DNA of 64,000 nucleotides from Thecamonas trahens ATCC 50062 (taxonomy: Eukaryota > Protista > Apusomonadida): positions 290,551-354,550 of the forward strand of contig NW_013657642.1 of the NCBI RefSeq assembly GCF_000142905.1, read 5' to 3'. The notes under the pieces are model-generated. The model was given only the letters and a program-made list of their open reading frames with translations. It was not told where the DNA came from and searched no databases. Both the position numbers and the translations under genes were made by a program. How positions within the stretch are numbered: position 1 is the first letter of the stretch; each line of letters opens with the position of its first letter. Shown piece after piece: positions 43,430 through 53,824 of the stretch.

Positions 43430-43908
43430 GACCTGTACACACCACACCAACACCCATACCCACTCTTTTTCCATGAGTCTCTATCTCATACACTTGCCGG
43501 TGTCCTTGCTCTTCCCCTTGCCCCCCCCCCCCCCCCCTCCCCTGCAGCCCATGTCACTCTCCTTGGAATTCGTCCGTACATGCGGGTCGACACCCACAAG
43601 GCGGTGTGTGTGTGTATGTGTGTGTGTGTGTGTGGGGGGTATAGGGAAGGCGAAAGGGGGAGAAAAGAGGAGGGGAGAGGGGGAGGGGGGAAGGGTTATA
43701 GGGAGAGTGTGTACGTACTTGACGTGCGAGTGAGTGAGTTGTGTGTGGACTGGTGGTGTTGCGGGGGAGGAAGAGGAGGTGGCGGCGCTATGGCTTCCTT
43801 TCTCGCGACATGGCGACGGACTCTTTTGCTGGTTGGCGATTTGGCGGTCGAGGGAAGGGAGGGAAGGGAGGGCGGAGGGAGGGGGGGGGGGGGGGGGATG
43901 AATGAGAT

Positions 43909-46127
43909 TCACTTTGGTATGATGCCGAGGGCAGATGTGCCAGAGGTGGTGGCGGTGGCAGCGGCGGCGGCAGAGGCGGTGGTCGAGGCCGGGGCGGCGG
44001 TGGCAGTGGCGGATGCTGTCGGCGGATGGTTGGGATCGGCAGCATCGGCATCGGCAGCATCGGCAGCATCGGAGGGAGCAGGGATGGAGGAGGCGGATGC
44101 AGCGGATGCAGCGGATGCAGCGGAGGCAGCAGAGACGGCAGCAGAGGCGGCAGAGGATGATGATCCGGCCCTGGTGGCCTGCTCGATAAAGAACTGGGAG
44201 AGGGCCATGCCGCGGGCCTCCTCGTAGTGGCGCGAGAGAACCTTCCAGTCGAGGAGCTCCGAGAGCTTCTCGGTTGCGTTGCGGAGCATGATGCGATCGC
44301 GCCGGGAGAGGAGAGTAAAGTTGTAGAGGTAGTCGACGAGCTGCTCCATCGACTCCTCAGGGGCCTTAAAGCGGCGGTCGACGATGAAGATGCCCTTCTC
44401 GTCCGGCTTGTCAACGTAGCGCTCCATGTACGCGGCAAAGCCGGCGAGGTTGGATGTGATGGAGGGGACGCCGAGGAGGGCGGCCTCGCCCGGGGTGTAG
44501 CCCCAGGGCTCGTAGGCAGAGGGGAAGACGCCGAGGTGGCAACCGCGGACAAACTCGTCGTAGTCCATGGGGAGGAGGGCGGAGGAGGCGTTGAGGAACT
44601 CGGGGTGGTAGACGATCTTGACGCGGTCGTCGGGCTTATTGAAGAGCTGGCAAGAGCGGAGCTGGTTAAGGATGGGGTCGGAGGCGTCGTCGACCATGGT
44701 GTGTGTGGTGATGGGCGGGAGGGTGTCCCGCTGGAGGGTGAGGATGCGCTGCTTGAGGAGGACCGAGTCCTGCTGGGTGAGCAGGTCCTTGGGGTCGATG
44801 AGCTCGCCCTTTGAGACGGCCTCGAAGATGCGCGAGTTGATGTTCTCGTTGATCTTGTCGCAGAGACGGCGGGTCTCACGCATGAGGCTCTGGCCCTTGA
44901 GCGACTCGACGTTGTAGGTGACGACGGGGGCGCGGGTGACGACAAAGGCGATGACGGTCATGGGCGAGCCGGATACCTTGAGGCGATGGTTGAGGCGGGC
45001 GAGGGCCTCGATGAACATGTCGAAGCCCTTGTTGTAGTACTCGTAGCGACCTGCGGTGAAGAGGTAGAGGGTGTTGTCAAAGTCGATGCCGTCGAGGTAG
45101 CCGTAAAAGTGGCCGCGGACAAAGTCGTGGATCTTGTCCTTGGAGAGCTTGTGCAGGTTCTGGAACTCGTGCATGGCGGTGAAGCGCTCCACCTGGAGGC
45201 CGTTGGGGAGGATGACCTCGGGCTTGCGCGAGAGGAGGTGTTCGGCCTCAAGGGCGGTGATGTGTGAGACGGTGGTGAAGACATGGGCCTTGAGGGCGGC
45301 GAGCTTCTCGATGGTGTGGCGGTGGTAGATGCCGCGGTTGCCGGCCTCGCGGTCGACGTCGATGGACTCGATGCGCGAGTAGAACTCGGTTTTGCCGGCG
45401 GACATGTAGCGGCCGAGCAGGGTGGCGTGAGTGGTGAAGATGGTGGCCATAGGCAGGGCGTCGCGGCGGATGAGCGGAACGGCGACCGAGGCCATCCACT
45501 CGTGGAACTGGGCGAGGACGATGCGCGACGGATTCGTGGCGCAGAACTCGGCAAAGAACCACATGACTTGGAAGCCAAAGAGAACAACCTCGTTGGTCTC
45601 GGGATCGCCGTCACCCTCGGGAATGGGCAAGCCAAAGGAGGAGTACAGCTCGGCCTTGAACTCGTTGATCTTGTCCCACTGAGTGTGGTAGTCGATGAGG
45701 AGAACCCGCGGATAGCCCGGTATGAGCCAGCGACCAAACTCTAGCCGCATGCCTCGCTTTGTCTTCAAGTTCTCGATGACCTGAGTCAGGAGCGGGCCTG
45801 GATCCAGCGGCTCAAACTCTCTCTCCGCCGACTTTGCATCGTACGGACCGATGAGGCAGTACCGATCACCCCAGTCTGCCACAGTACACGGCGACTTGGA
45901 CTTGAGCACCGTGTAGATACCTCCCACCTTGCGGGCCACCTATAGTATCGCCTCGCCATGCAGGTACCAGCCATGTGAAGAATCATCCATAACAGCGTGA
46001 GTCCCGCAGTCCGTGGCGCATGACGTGGAAGAGGGGGGGCGTGCAGGGGGGGGGGGGGATGTAGCCATAGCCATAGACGTACCTCCCATGCAATCTCGAA
46101 TAGCAGTGGCTTTCCCGATGCGGCCAT
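43909..46127 (-). CDS. GYS: Glycogen synthase (GT3); exons 46127-46083 and 45939-43909
   Basis: FEIAWE|VARKVGGIYTV, QFHEW, TTHATLLGRY, HEFQNLH, AGRYEY, GCHLGVFPSAYEPWGYTP. Confidence 0.97.
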
Positions 46128-46203
46128 GGTTGTGGGCAAGGAGAAGAGGAGAGGTGTGTGGGTAGGGGTGGGAGGGGGGGAGGTGGGGGGGGGGGGGGGG
46201 GGG

Positions 46204-46563
46204 NNNNNNNNNNNNNNNNNNNNNNNNNNNNNNNNNNNNNNNNNNNNNNNNNNNNNNNNNNNNNNNNNNNNNNNNNNNNNNNNNNNNNNNNNNNNNNNNN
46301 NNNNNNNNNNNNNNNNNNNNNNNNNNNNNNNNNNNNNNNNNNNNNNNNNNNNNNNNNNNNNNNNNNNNNNNNNNNNNNNNNNNNNNNNNNNNNNNNNNNN
46401 NNNNNNNNNNNNNNNNNNNNNNNNNNNNNNNNNNNNNNNNNNNNNNNNNNNNNNNNNNNNNNNNNNNNNNNNNNNNNNNNNNNNNNNNNNNNNNNNNNNN
46501 NNNNNNNNNNNNNNNNNNNNNNNNNNNNNNNNNNNNNNNNNNNNNNNNNNNNNNNNNNNNNNN
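46204..46563. other. Assembly gap (N run)
   Basis: Run of N following a poly-G tract. Confidence 1.
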
Positions 46564-46866
46564 TATTTTTTCCCTTTCGCCCGGAACAACTGTATTTGAG
46601 CGGCGGGAGAGGGAGGGGGGGAGTGCCCGTTGGTTGGCCCTAGTTCGGGCCGCCCTCGTTGGGGCTGCCAGGCAGCTGGAACCTGGACTCGGGCGACTCC
46701 AGCCCCAACGAGGGCTGCCAGGCAGCGGGAACCTGGACTCGGTTGACTCCAGCGGCCGGTCTCAGGCTCAAGGTCGGGGTTGGTGTCAGGCTGGCAGAGT
46801 CGACGTCGACGTCGACGTCACCTCACTTTATCTTTGGTGTGGATTGGAGTAGGGTGGGCTCGGGGC

Positions 46867-48327
46867 ATGGGCGACAATGTGGTGGTGATGGGTGTGGGTG
46901 TGGGTGTGGGCGTGGCGTGCGGCGGGTCGGGCAGTGACGGGAGCAGCAGGAGCAGGAGCAGCAGGAGCAGGAGCAGCAGCAGAGGGCATGACGGTGACTG
47001 GTATGAAGAAGATGGATCGTTGGAGTTCTGGAGACGCGACGGCGACGGCGATGGTGATGGCGGTGGACATGGACATGGACATGGACATGATGCGAGCTGT
47101 GATGAGAGTGGTGATGGAACGAGGGCACCACGTCGCGCATCGTTGTGGCTCCGTGCTGGCTTTCTCCTCCTCGGCATCGGCCTGCTGTATCCATGGAATG
47201 CGGTGGTCAACTCGGCAGGGTACTTTCGAGCCAAGTTTGCCGACGAGGACGTAGCGTTTAAGCTGTCTGTGGCGTTTATGGTGCCGAATCTTGTGGCGCT
47301 TGGCGGGATGGTGTTTGGATCGGCGTATGTGAAGCTCTCTGTTAGGTTGCTTGTCGGCTTTGGGGCATATGTGGTGCTGGTGGCGATTCTTCCACTGCTG
47401 CCTGCGCTGTGGATGGTGCTCGCCGACGTGGCAGTGCTCGGGCTGCTGGATGCTGTTGTCCAGGGCTCGGTCTTTGCGCTTGGGGCGATGACGGGCCCAG
47501 AGTTGATGGAGGCGGTGATGTCTGGGGTCGGGCTTGCAGGGCTTGTGGTGACGATGCTGTACATGGTGGCGCTGTGGATTGCAAGTGCGATGGGGACCGA
47601 CGCCGAGTCGCTGGCGGCGAGCCTGTTTTTCTCGACGTCCGCCATGGTGCTGGCAGCATGCGTGGCGGTGACCGGGCGGGCGACGCGACGTGCGGCGGCG
47701 CTGCGGCTGGCCAACTCGGGCGGATCGGCGCCGGTGGCCGGACACGGTGGGCTGAGTGCGATGCCGGCATGGCCGGTGGTGGTGCGGGTGGCAGGGGCAA
47801 TCCGCAAGCATGCCGCGCTTGTGTTTGTCAACTTTGCGCTGACGCTGGCGATGTTTCCGGGCGTGGCGCTGCTGATCAAGTCTGAGCACGCCGGACTCAA
47901 CGCATGCCCGGTGGCGCCGGCAGAATGTCCGGCGGGCCAGGGTACGTCTGCGGTTCCGATCGGAGTCTGGCTCGTCTTTACGTTTATGGTCGGCGACTTT
48001 GTGGGCCGGTCGCTGCCGGGGTGGATGGAGGCGAGTCTGCCGGACGAGCTGCTGGGCGGAGCGATCGCGAGCCGGGCTATATTTGTGCCGCTGTTTGTTC
48101 TCCAGGTAGCGCCGCGGGTCATTGCGTCCGATGGGGTGGCGTTTTGCGTCATGGCCGTGTTTGCGGTGAGCAACGGGTACTGCGGCTCGCTGTGCATGAT
48201 CCGCGGACCGGAGGCGGCGCGGACGAACGCCGACAAGGAGCTGGCCGGCATGATCATGGTGGCGTCGCTGACGTCGGGTCTCACACTGGGGGTGGTGAGC
48301 GGACTGGTCATTGCGCAGTTTATGTGA
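46867..48327 (+). CDS. Equilibrative nucleoside transporter (SLC29/ENT); start uncertain
   Basis: LLGIGLLYPWN, MFPG, FMVGDFVGR, FAVSNGY, DKELAG motifs; about 11 TM segments. Confidence 0.9.
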   Translation: MGDNVVVMGVGVGVGVACGGSGSDGSSRSRSSRSRSSSRGHDGDWYEEDGSLEFWRRDGDGDGDGGGHGHGHGHDASCDESGDGTRAPRRASLWLRAGFLLLGIGLLYPWNAVVNSAGYFRAKFADEDVAFKLSVAFMVPNLVALGGMVFGSAYVKLSVRLLVGFGAYVVLVAILPLLPALWMVLADVAVLGLLDAVVQGSVFALGAMTGPELMEAVMSGVGLAGLVVTMLYMVALWIASAMGTDAESLAASLFFSTSAMVLAACVAVTGRATRRAAALRLANSGGSAPVAGHGGLSAMPAWPVVVRVAGAIRKHAALVFVNFALTLAMFPGVALLIKSEHAGLNACPVAPAECPAGQGTSAVPIGVWLVFTFMVGDFVGRSLPGWMEASLPDELLGGAIASRAIFVPLFVLQVAPRVIASDGVAFCVMAVFAVSNGYCGSLCMIRGPEAARTNADKELAGMIMVASLTSGLTLGVVSGLVIAQFM

Positions 48328-48332
48328 GCGGG

Positions 48333-51125
48333 TTAGAAGAGCGGACGCGAGCCAGCGAAGGAGGAGTGTGTAGCGACGGCGTGGCGGATGGCCGGCGACG
48401 AGGGCGAGATGCCGCGGTAGGAGGCGAGGAGCTCGGCCGTGAGGTCTGCGGGCGGCGGGCCCATGCCGACGGTGCGGCCCGAGGAGCGGCGGCGCGGCGA
48501 GCGCTTCGCGGCGATGGCAGCGCTCTTGCGCGCACGGGAGCGCATGGTGGCGGCGCGGTCTTGGAGGGCAGCATAAAGCTCCGGGTCGAGCGAGGGCATG
48601 TAGTTGTTGTGCCAGACGGCGGCGTCCCAACGCGAGCCGTTGCGGAACCACGAGGCGACGTTGATGTGGGCCGGATTGAGCTTGTAGTACGCGAGGTCGG
48701 TTGTCCACATCTCGCGCATGGCGCGGTTCATGTAGTGAACGGCAAACGAGGTGCCAGGCTCGGGTGCCGAGACCTCCAGCTGGTCTACAATGTCGCGGAG
48801 GTCGACGATGGCGGCGACGTCGAGGTCGACGCACATGAGGCCCTCGCGCTCGGTCTTCTTGGCCATGTACGCGTTCCACTTGACGAGGCGACGCTCGAGG
48901 GCACCGAGCTTGGCCATCGACTTGAGCTTGGCCTCGTGGGCGCGCTTGCTGCGGTAGCGGGTGGCGAGCAGGTCGCCGCGGGAGCGCGGCGAGGGCGAGG
49001 GTGAGGGCGATGCAGCCGTTGATGGCTTGCGGCGCGACGTGGCGAGGTCTGCCACATTGAGCGAGGTGTCGAGCGTCTTTGCGGCGTCGGGCTCGGCCGT
49101 TTCTGAGTGCGTTGCTTCTGCGATCTCGACTCCGTCGGACTCGACCCCGTTCTCGGCCTCAGTAGCGACATCGGCAGCGGTCTCTGTAGCCACAGCGGCG
49201 TCGATCCCGTCCTCTGGGGTTGCGGCAGCCTCCCCCTCTGCATCTGCATCTGACTTGACATTGGCCGCAGCCTGTGCCTCGGCAGTAACATCAGTCTCCA
49301 CGTCGGCAGAAGGAGCAGCCTCTACCTCGGGGGCAGCAGCAGTGGAAGCGGCGTCAGCAGTAGCCTCGGACTCGGCGGCAGCGGCCTCTGCCTCGGCAGC
49401 CGCAGGGGCCTCTGCTTCCGCAGCTGCAGCGGTCTCGGCCTCTGCAGCAGCCTTTGCCTCTGCCCCTGCTTTCGCAGCCGCAGCGGCCTCGGCTTCCGCA
49501 GCCGCTTTTGCCTCTGCCTCTGCAGCCGCAGCGGCCTCTGCTTCGGCAGCCGCCTTCACCTCTGCCTCGGCAGCAGCCTTCGACTCTACTTCGGCAGCCG
49601 CAGCGGCCTCTGCCTCTGCAGCAGCCTTCGCCTCTGCTTCCGCAGCTGCAGCGGCCTCTGCCTCTGCAGCCGCAGCGGCCTCTGCCTCTGCAGCAGCCTT
49701 CGCCTCTGCTTCGGCAGCCGCCTTCGCCTCTGCCTCTGCAGCAGCCTTCGCCTCTGCCTCCGCAGCAGCAGCGGCCTCTGCTTCCGCAGCTGCAGCAGCC
49801 TCTGCCTCTGCTGCAGCAGCAGCCTCTGCCTCCGCAGCGGCCTTCGCCTCTGCTTCCGCAGCAGCAGCAGCCTCTGCCTCCGCAGCGGCCTTCGCCTCTG
49901 CTTCCGCAGCAGCAGCAGCCTCTGCCTCTGCAGCGGCAGCGGCCTCTGCTTCCGCAGCTGCAGCAGCCTCTGCCTCCGCAGCTGCAGCCGCCTTCGCATC
50001 TGCTTCCGCAGCGGCCTTCGCCTCTGCCTCTGCAGCGGCCTTCGCCTCTGCCTCTGCAGCGGCCTTCGCCTCTGCCTCTGCAGCGGCCTTCGCCTCTGCC
50101 TCTGCAGCGGCCTTCGCCTCTGCCTCTGCAGCGGCCTTCGCCTCTGCCTCTGCAGCGGCCTTCGCCTCTGCCTCTGCAGCGGCCTTCGCCTCTGCCTCTG
50201 CAGCGGCAGCGGCCTCTGCAGCCGCCGCCGCAGCAGCCTCTGCCTCTGCAGCAGCAGCGGCAGCGGCCTCTGCTTCCGCAGCCGCAGCAGCCTCTGCCTC
50301 TGCAGCAGCAGCGGCCTCTGCTTCCGCAGTCGCAGCGGCCTCTGCCTCCGCAGCAGCAGCAGCCTCTGCCTCCGCAGCCGCAGCGGCCTCTGCTTCCGCA
50401 GCAGCAGCAGCCTCGGCCTCTGCAGCCGCAGCGGCCTCTGCAGCCGCAGCGGCCTCTGCTTCCGCAGCCGCAGCGGCCTCTGCTTCCGCAGCCGCAGCGG
50501 CCTCTGCTTCCGCAGCCGCAGCAGCCTCGGCCTCCGCAGCCGCAGCGGCCTCTGCTTCCGCAGCCGCAGCAGCCTCGGCCTCTGCAGCAGCAGCGGCCTC
50601 GGCCTCTGCCTCTGCCTCTGCCCCAATCTCCGACCCATCCAAACTAATGTCAACGTCGTCCGAGGTCTCGAGCAGAAGCTTGTCGCCCGAGTTGTCCAAC
50701 AGCACATCGTCCAAGCTCCCATCTCCCAGACCATCCTCTCCACTCAGATCCAGTCCCGAAACATCGCTGAGGCCCAAGTCATCATCACCTCCCAGATCAT
50801 CGTCGTCCAGCCCCAGATCTGCCCGCGTCGCTCCCTCCCCACCCACGTGAGTCCTTCCTTCCCCCATCTCTTCTCCCCTCCTCCTCATCCTTCTTTCCCA
50901 CCTACCAAGGTCATCATCGTCGTCATCCAAGCCCAAGCCCAGGTCGTCGTCGTCATCGTCCAGGCCAAGGCCAAGGCCGAGGCCGAGGTCATCGTCGTCG
51001 TCGTCGTCAAGCCCGAGGCCAAGGTCGTCGTCGTCGCCACCGAGACCGAGGTCGTCCGACCCAAGGTCGAGGTCGTCTGAGCCAAGGGAGACGTCCGAGC
51101 CCAAGTCTAGAGAGTCCGAGTCCAT
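48333..51125 (-). CDS. Hypothetical protein: acidic DDDLGL repeats, long (AEAEA(A/K)AA)n helix and a globular C-terminal domain; probable intron 50905-50819
   Basis: Open frame from MDSDSLDLG; 87-nt GTAGGT...GCAG intron containing GACTCAC; aromatic-rich C-terminal ~150 aa. Confidence 0.7.
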   Translation of the reverse strand: MDSDSLDLGSDVSLGSDDLDLGSDDLGLGGDDDDLGLGLDDDDDDDLGLGLGLGLDDDDDDLGLGLDDDDDDLGRWERRMRRRGEEMGEGRTHVGGEGATRADLGLDDDDLGGDDDLGLSDVSGLDLSGEDGLGDGSLDDVLLDNSGDKLLLETSDDVDISLDGSEIGAEAEAEAEAAAAAEAEAAAAAEAEAAAAAEAEAAAAAEAEAAAAAEAEAAAAAEAEAAAAAEAAAAAEAEAAAAAEAEAAAAAEAEAAAAAEAEAAATAEAEAAAAAEAEAAAAAEAEAAAAAAAEAEAAAAAAAEAAAAAEAEAKAAAEAEAKAAAEAEAKAAAEAEAKAAAEAEAKAAAEAEAKAAAEAEAKAAAEAEAKAAAEADAKAAAAAEAEAAAAAEAEAAAAAEAEAAAAAEAEAKAAAEAEAAAAAEAEAKAAAEAEAAAAAEAEAAAAAEAEAAAAAEAEAKAAAEAEAKAAAEAEAKAAAEAEAAAAAEAEAAAAAEAEAKAAAEAEAAAAAEVESKAAAEAEVKAAAEAEAAAAAEAEAKAAAEAEAAAAAKAGAEAKAAAEAETAAAAEAEAPAAAEAEAAAAESEATADAASTAAAPEVEAAPSADVETDVTAEAQAAANVKSDADAEGEAAATPEDGIDAAVATETAADVATEAENGVESDGVEIAEATHSETAEPDAAKTLDTSLNVADLATSRRKPSTAASPSPSPSPRSRGDLLATRYRSKRAHEAKLKSMAKLGALERRLVKWNAYMAKKTEREGLMCVDLDVAAIVDLRDIVDQLEVSAPEPGTSFAVHYMNRAMREMWTTDLAYYKLNPAHINVASWFRNGSRWDAAVWHNNYMPSLDPELYAALQDRAATMRSRARKSAAIAAKRSPRRRSSGRTVGMGPPPADLTAELLASYRGISPSSPAIRHAVATHSSFAGSRPLF
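49370..50620. repeat. ~24-bp coding repeat array encoding AEAEA(A/K)AA
   Basis: Degenerate gcctctgcc/gcagcg units over ~1.25 kb. Confidence 0.95.
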
Positions 51126-51430
51126 GCTGTGTTCACTGCCGCGTTCTGCTTCGCTGCTCCTTTGCGACGCTGAGTGCAGTGTGGCTGGCGCCGGCTCGTT
51201 GCTGCGAGAGCCCGAGGCACACGGCACGTGGCGGGGTGTGGGACGACTCGGCGGCAACTGCCGCTGCTGATGGAACTTTGCACAGCGAGAGAGTGTGAGG
51301 GGAGGGATCGCGAATGCTTTCATTGTGGGGATGGACAGACGAATGACGGAGACTGTAGCGAGTGAATGAGAGGGAAAAGAGGTGAGTGAGGGAATCAGAT
51401 CAGAGGCAGAGAGGCGAGGGCAAGGGAGCA

Positions 51431-51547
51431 TCGGAGCTCAGCGAGACATAGTCATAAATTAATATGGTGCAGCGATGTCGTATCAGCATGAGCCGAAGCT
51501 CTTATCAGACTGGGGCGACACGGGTGCTGCTCATCATAGCAAACCGA
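51431..51547 (-). ncRNA. Box C/D snoRNA copy A (snR67/SNORD31-like guide), in intron 51609-51353
   Basis: C box ATGATGA, D' CTGA, C' ATGCTGA, D CTGA, terminal stem CATCGG/CCGATG. The D' guide GTGTCGCCCCAGT is complementary to the LSU P-loop. Confidence 0.88.
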
Positions 51548-51748
51548 TGTGACCTTGCGGTCAAAAAAAAGGTGGTGGTTAGGGGAGAGGGGCGCATAGT
51601 TAGACATACCTGCTGGAGTTGCGGAGGCCTTCATTGCGAAAGTTCGTGTCGGTCGGTCGACAGTGACTGCGCAAGGCGAGAGGAGAGGGCGTGAGTGCGG
51701 CATCGGCCGGAGGGAAGCATGGGCAGGGTGGGGAGAAGGAAGCGAACG

Positions 51749-51866
51749 TCGGAGCTCAGCGAGACATAGTCATAAATTAATATGGTGCAGCGATGTCGTA
51801 TCAGCATGAGCCGAAGCTCTTATCAGACTGGGGCGACACGGGTGCTGCTCATCATAGCAAAACCGA
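51749..51866 (-). ncRNA. Box C/D snoRNA copy B, in intron 51905-51667
   Basis: Nearly identical to copy A; terminal stem CGTCGG/CCGACG. Confidence 0.88.
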
Positions 51867-51975
51867 CGATGGCAAAAAAAGGAGGGACACGAGGAAGAAA
51901 CATACCTGCGATGGACGTCAACAGCAGCGACGCCGCAGCGGTGGAGAGCGAACCGAGCGAGACCACAAGGGCAGC

Positions 51976-52969
51976 TTAGAGACGGCGACCACGGCGACCA
52001 CCCTTCTTGCGGGTCGAGTCTGTGGGGATCGGGGTGACGTCCTCGATGCGGCCGATGCGGAGGCCGTTGCGGGCAAGCGCGCGGATGGCCGACTGGGCAC
52101 CGGGGCCGGGGGTCTTGGTCCGGGTACCGCCAGTGGCACGGAGCTTGATGTGCACCGCGGTGATGCCGCGGATGGCGCACTGCTCGGCGACGGTCTGGGC
52201 GGCCATCATGGCAGCGTACGGCGACGACTCGTCACGGTCGGCCTTCACCTGCATACCGCCGGTCACACGCACGATGGTCTCCATGCCCGAGAGGTCGGTA
52301 ACATGGATGAACGTGTCGTTGAACGAGGCAAAGATGTGAGCGACGCCAAAGACGTGCTCGCCCTCGGCGGCGTTGGGGAGGTGGCTGTTGTCCTCCTCCT
52401 TCTCGACCTTCACGCGCTTCTTCTTAGCCTACTCGTCCGCATTCATACACAAGGCTTGGTGAGTCCCTGCCGCTTGCTCGGGCCTACACGCTTGCTCGGG
52501 CCCCCCAGGCCCTTTCCCACATAATGTGGGATGGCAGGCAAAAATAAACGTCACATCCAGCACTCGCTCTCTACCACAGCTACACCGCACAGCCATGGCC
52601 AACCACCTCCACCCTCGCCTTCCACCTACCCCATAGCCACAGCTAATAGGTAGCGGCTGCTGGGTGGGGGGTGGATGGCAATGGCGGCTGGTGCCTGGTT
52701 GCGCAAGACGTTCCGCCGACGGGGCGGTGATGGTGGCAGACAAAAAGCTGCAGCACCGAGCCGGCGTCGGGGCCGTCGTCCTCGGGGAGGGGGCTCTTCT
52801 AGCGCACATACACCGAGTGCAAGGGGCACAACCAGACAGAAGCACTCATTACAAGTGTAGCAAGGCACTGGTGGGGGTGTCGCCCCTACCAAGTGCCCAT
52901 AGGTGGACTCGGTGAACTCGCCCAGCTGCAAAGCCTGGGATGGGGCAACTCGCTCTTCCGACATACCAT
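51976..52969 (-). CDS. RPS14: 40S ribosomal protein S14 (uS11); exons 52969-52967 (ATG only) and 52428-51976
   Basis: [58 protein letters not shown]; ATG|GTATGT...TAG|GCT. Confidence 0.97.
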
Positions 52970-53503
52970 GATTGAATGAGAGTGGTGTGTGTCTGTTAAC
53001 TCCCCAACAGTTTCGCCACTCGCTCCTCCTTCCCATTTCCACCGCTGACGAAACGAGTCGCCGAATCGAGCAAACGAGTCTGACCGCCACCCGCCACCGC
53101 GCCACCCACCCGCCTGCTGCCAACTTGTTCTCATCGATGTAGGTGGCGGTGAGCGATGTCGCAGGAGAAAGGAATCAGATGTGTGAGCTTGTGTTTGTTG
53201 TCAATCGTCTCGGTGTGGCATTGGGGTGTGCCGAGTAGGCCTCGATTGTCCCATTGCTCGCGTATCGGGATTCGCCTATGCTCATGATGGTGGCGGCGGA
53301 GGAGTCGGTCCAGGGTATGATGGAGGCGATCGTGGTGGTGTGCTCGCGTGAGGGTGGGATCCAGAAGAAAGGGGAGACAAAGAGTGCTATGTCTCCTTGC
53401 TCGTGGTCTTGGCTCGTCAAATGGAGGTCATACACATCGCCAGGCAGGCGGCGCAGCGTGTAGATTTGGCGACGGTAGCCACCTGACTTGCCTGTGGCTT
53501 GAG

Positions 53504-53775
53504 ATGGCGACGCACACGTCCGCGTCGGCAGTCTTCCCGCTCCCGATCACCACAGTCTGGCCGGTCTTCCGTGACTTTCTCTTCCCTGGCCGCCTCATCT
53601 CCACCATCGAGGCATGCGAGCTCGTCGAGGGGTACGTCGGCCGGGCTTGGCTTGAGCGCGCGTGGGCGAGGTGAGGCGCGGCAGGGGAGGCGGGGCAAGG
53701 CGAAGAAGCAGGATGTGGGACTCACACAAAGCGTGCGGGCTACCGGTTGTATGTGGTGTGTTCATGCATGTGTTT

Positions 53776-53824
<49 letters not shown>

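Noticed and set aside
45786-46643. ORFs spanning the N gap
   Set aside because: Artefacts of translating N; only the 15-codon first exon of glycogen synthase is real.
48961-50850. 629-aa Ala/Ser ORF and Gln/Pro- or Arg-rich ORFs resembling antifreeze or adhesin proteins
   Set aside because: Antisense and alternative-frame shadows of the AEAEAAAA repeat; only the minus frame has unique flanking domains.
51431-51866. Direct repeats as LTRs or an assembly duplication
   Set aside because: No TG...CA ends or internal coding region; the flanks differ, and C/D boxes, compensatory stems and separate introns explain the conservation.
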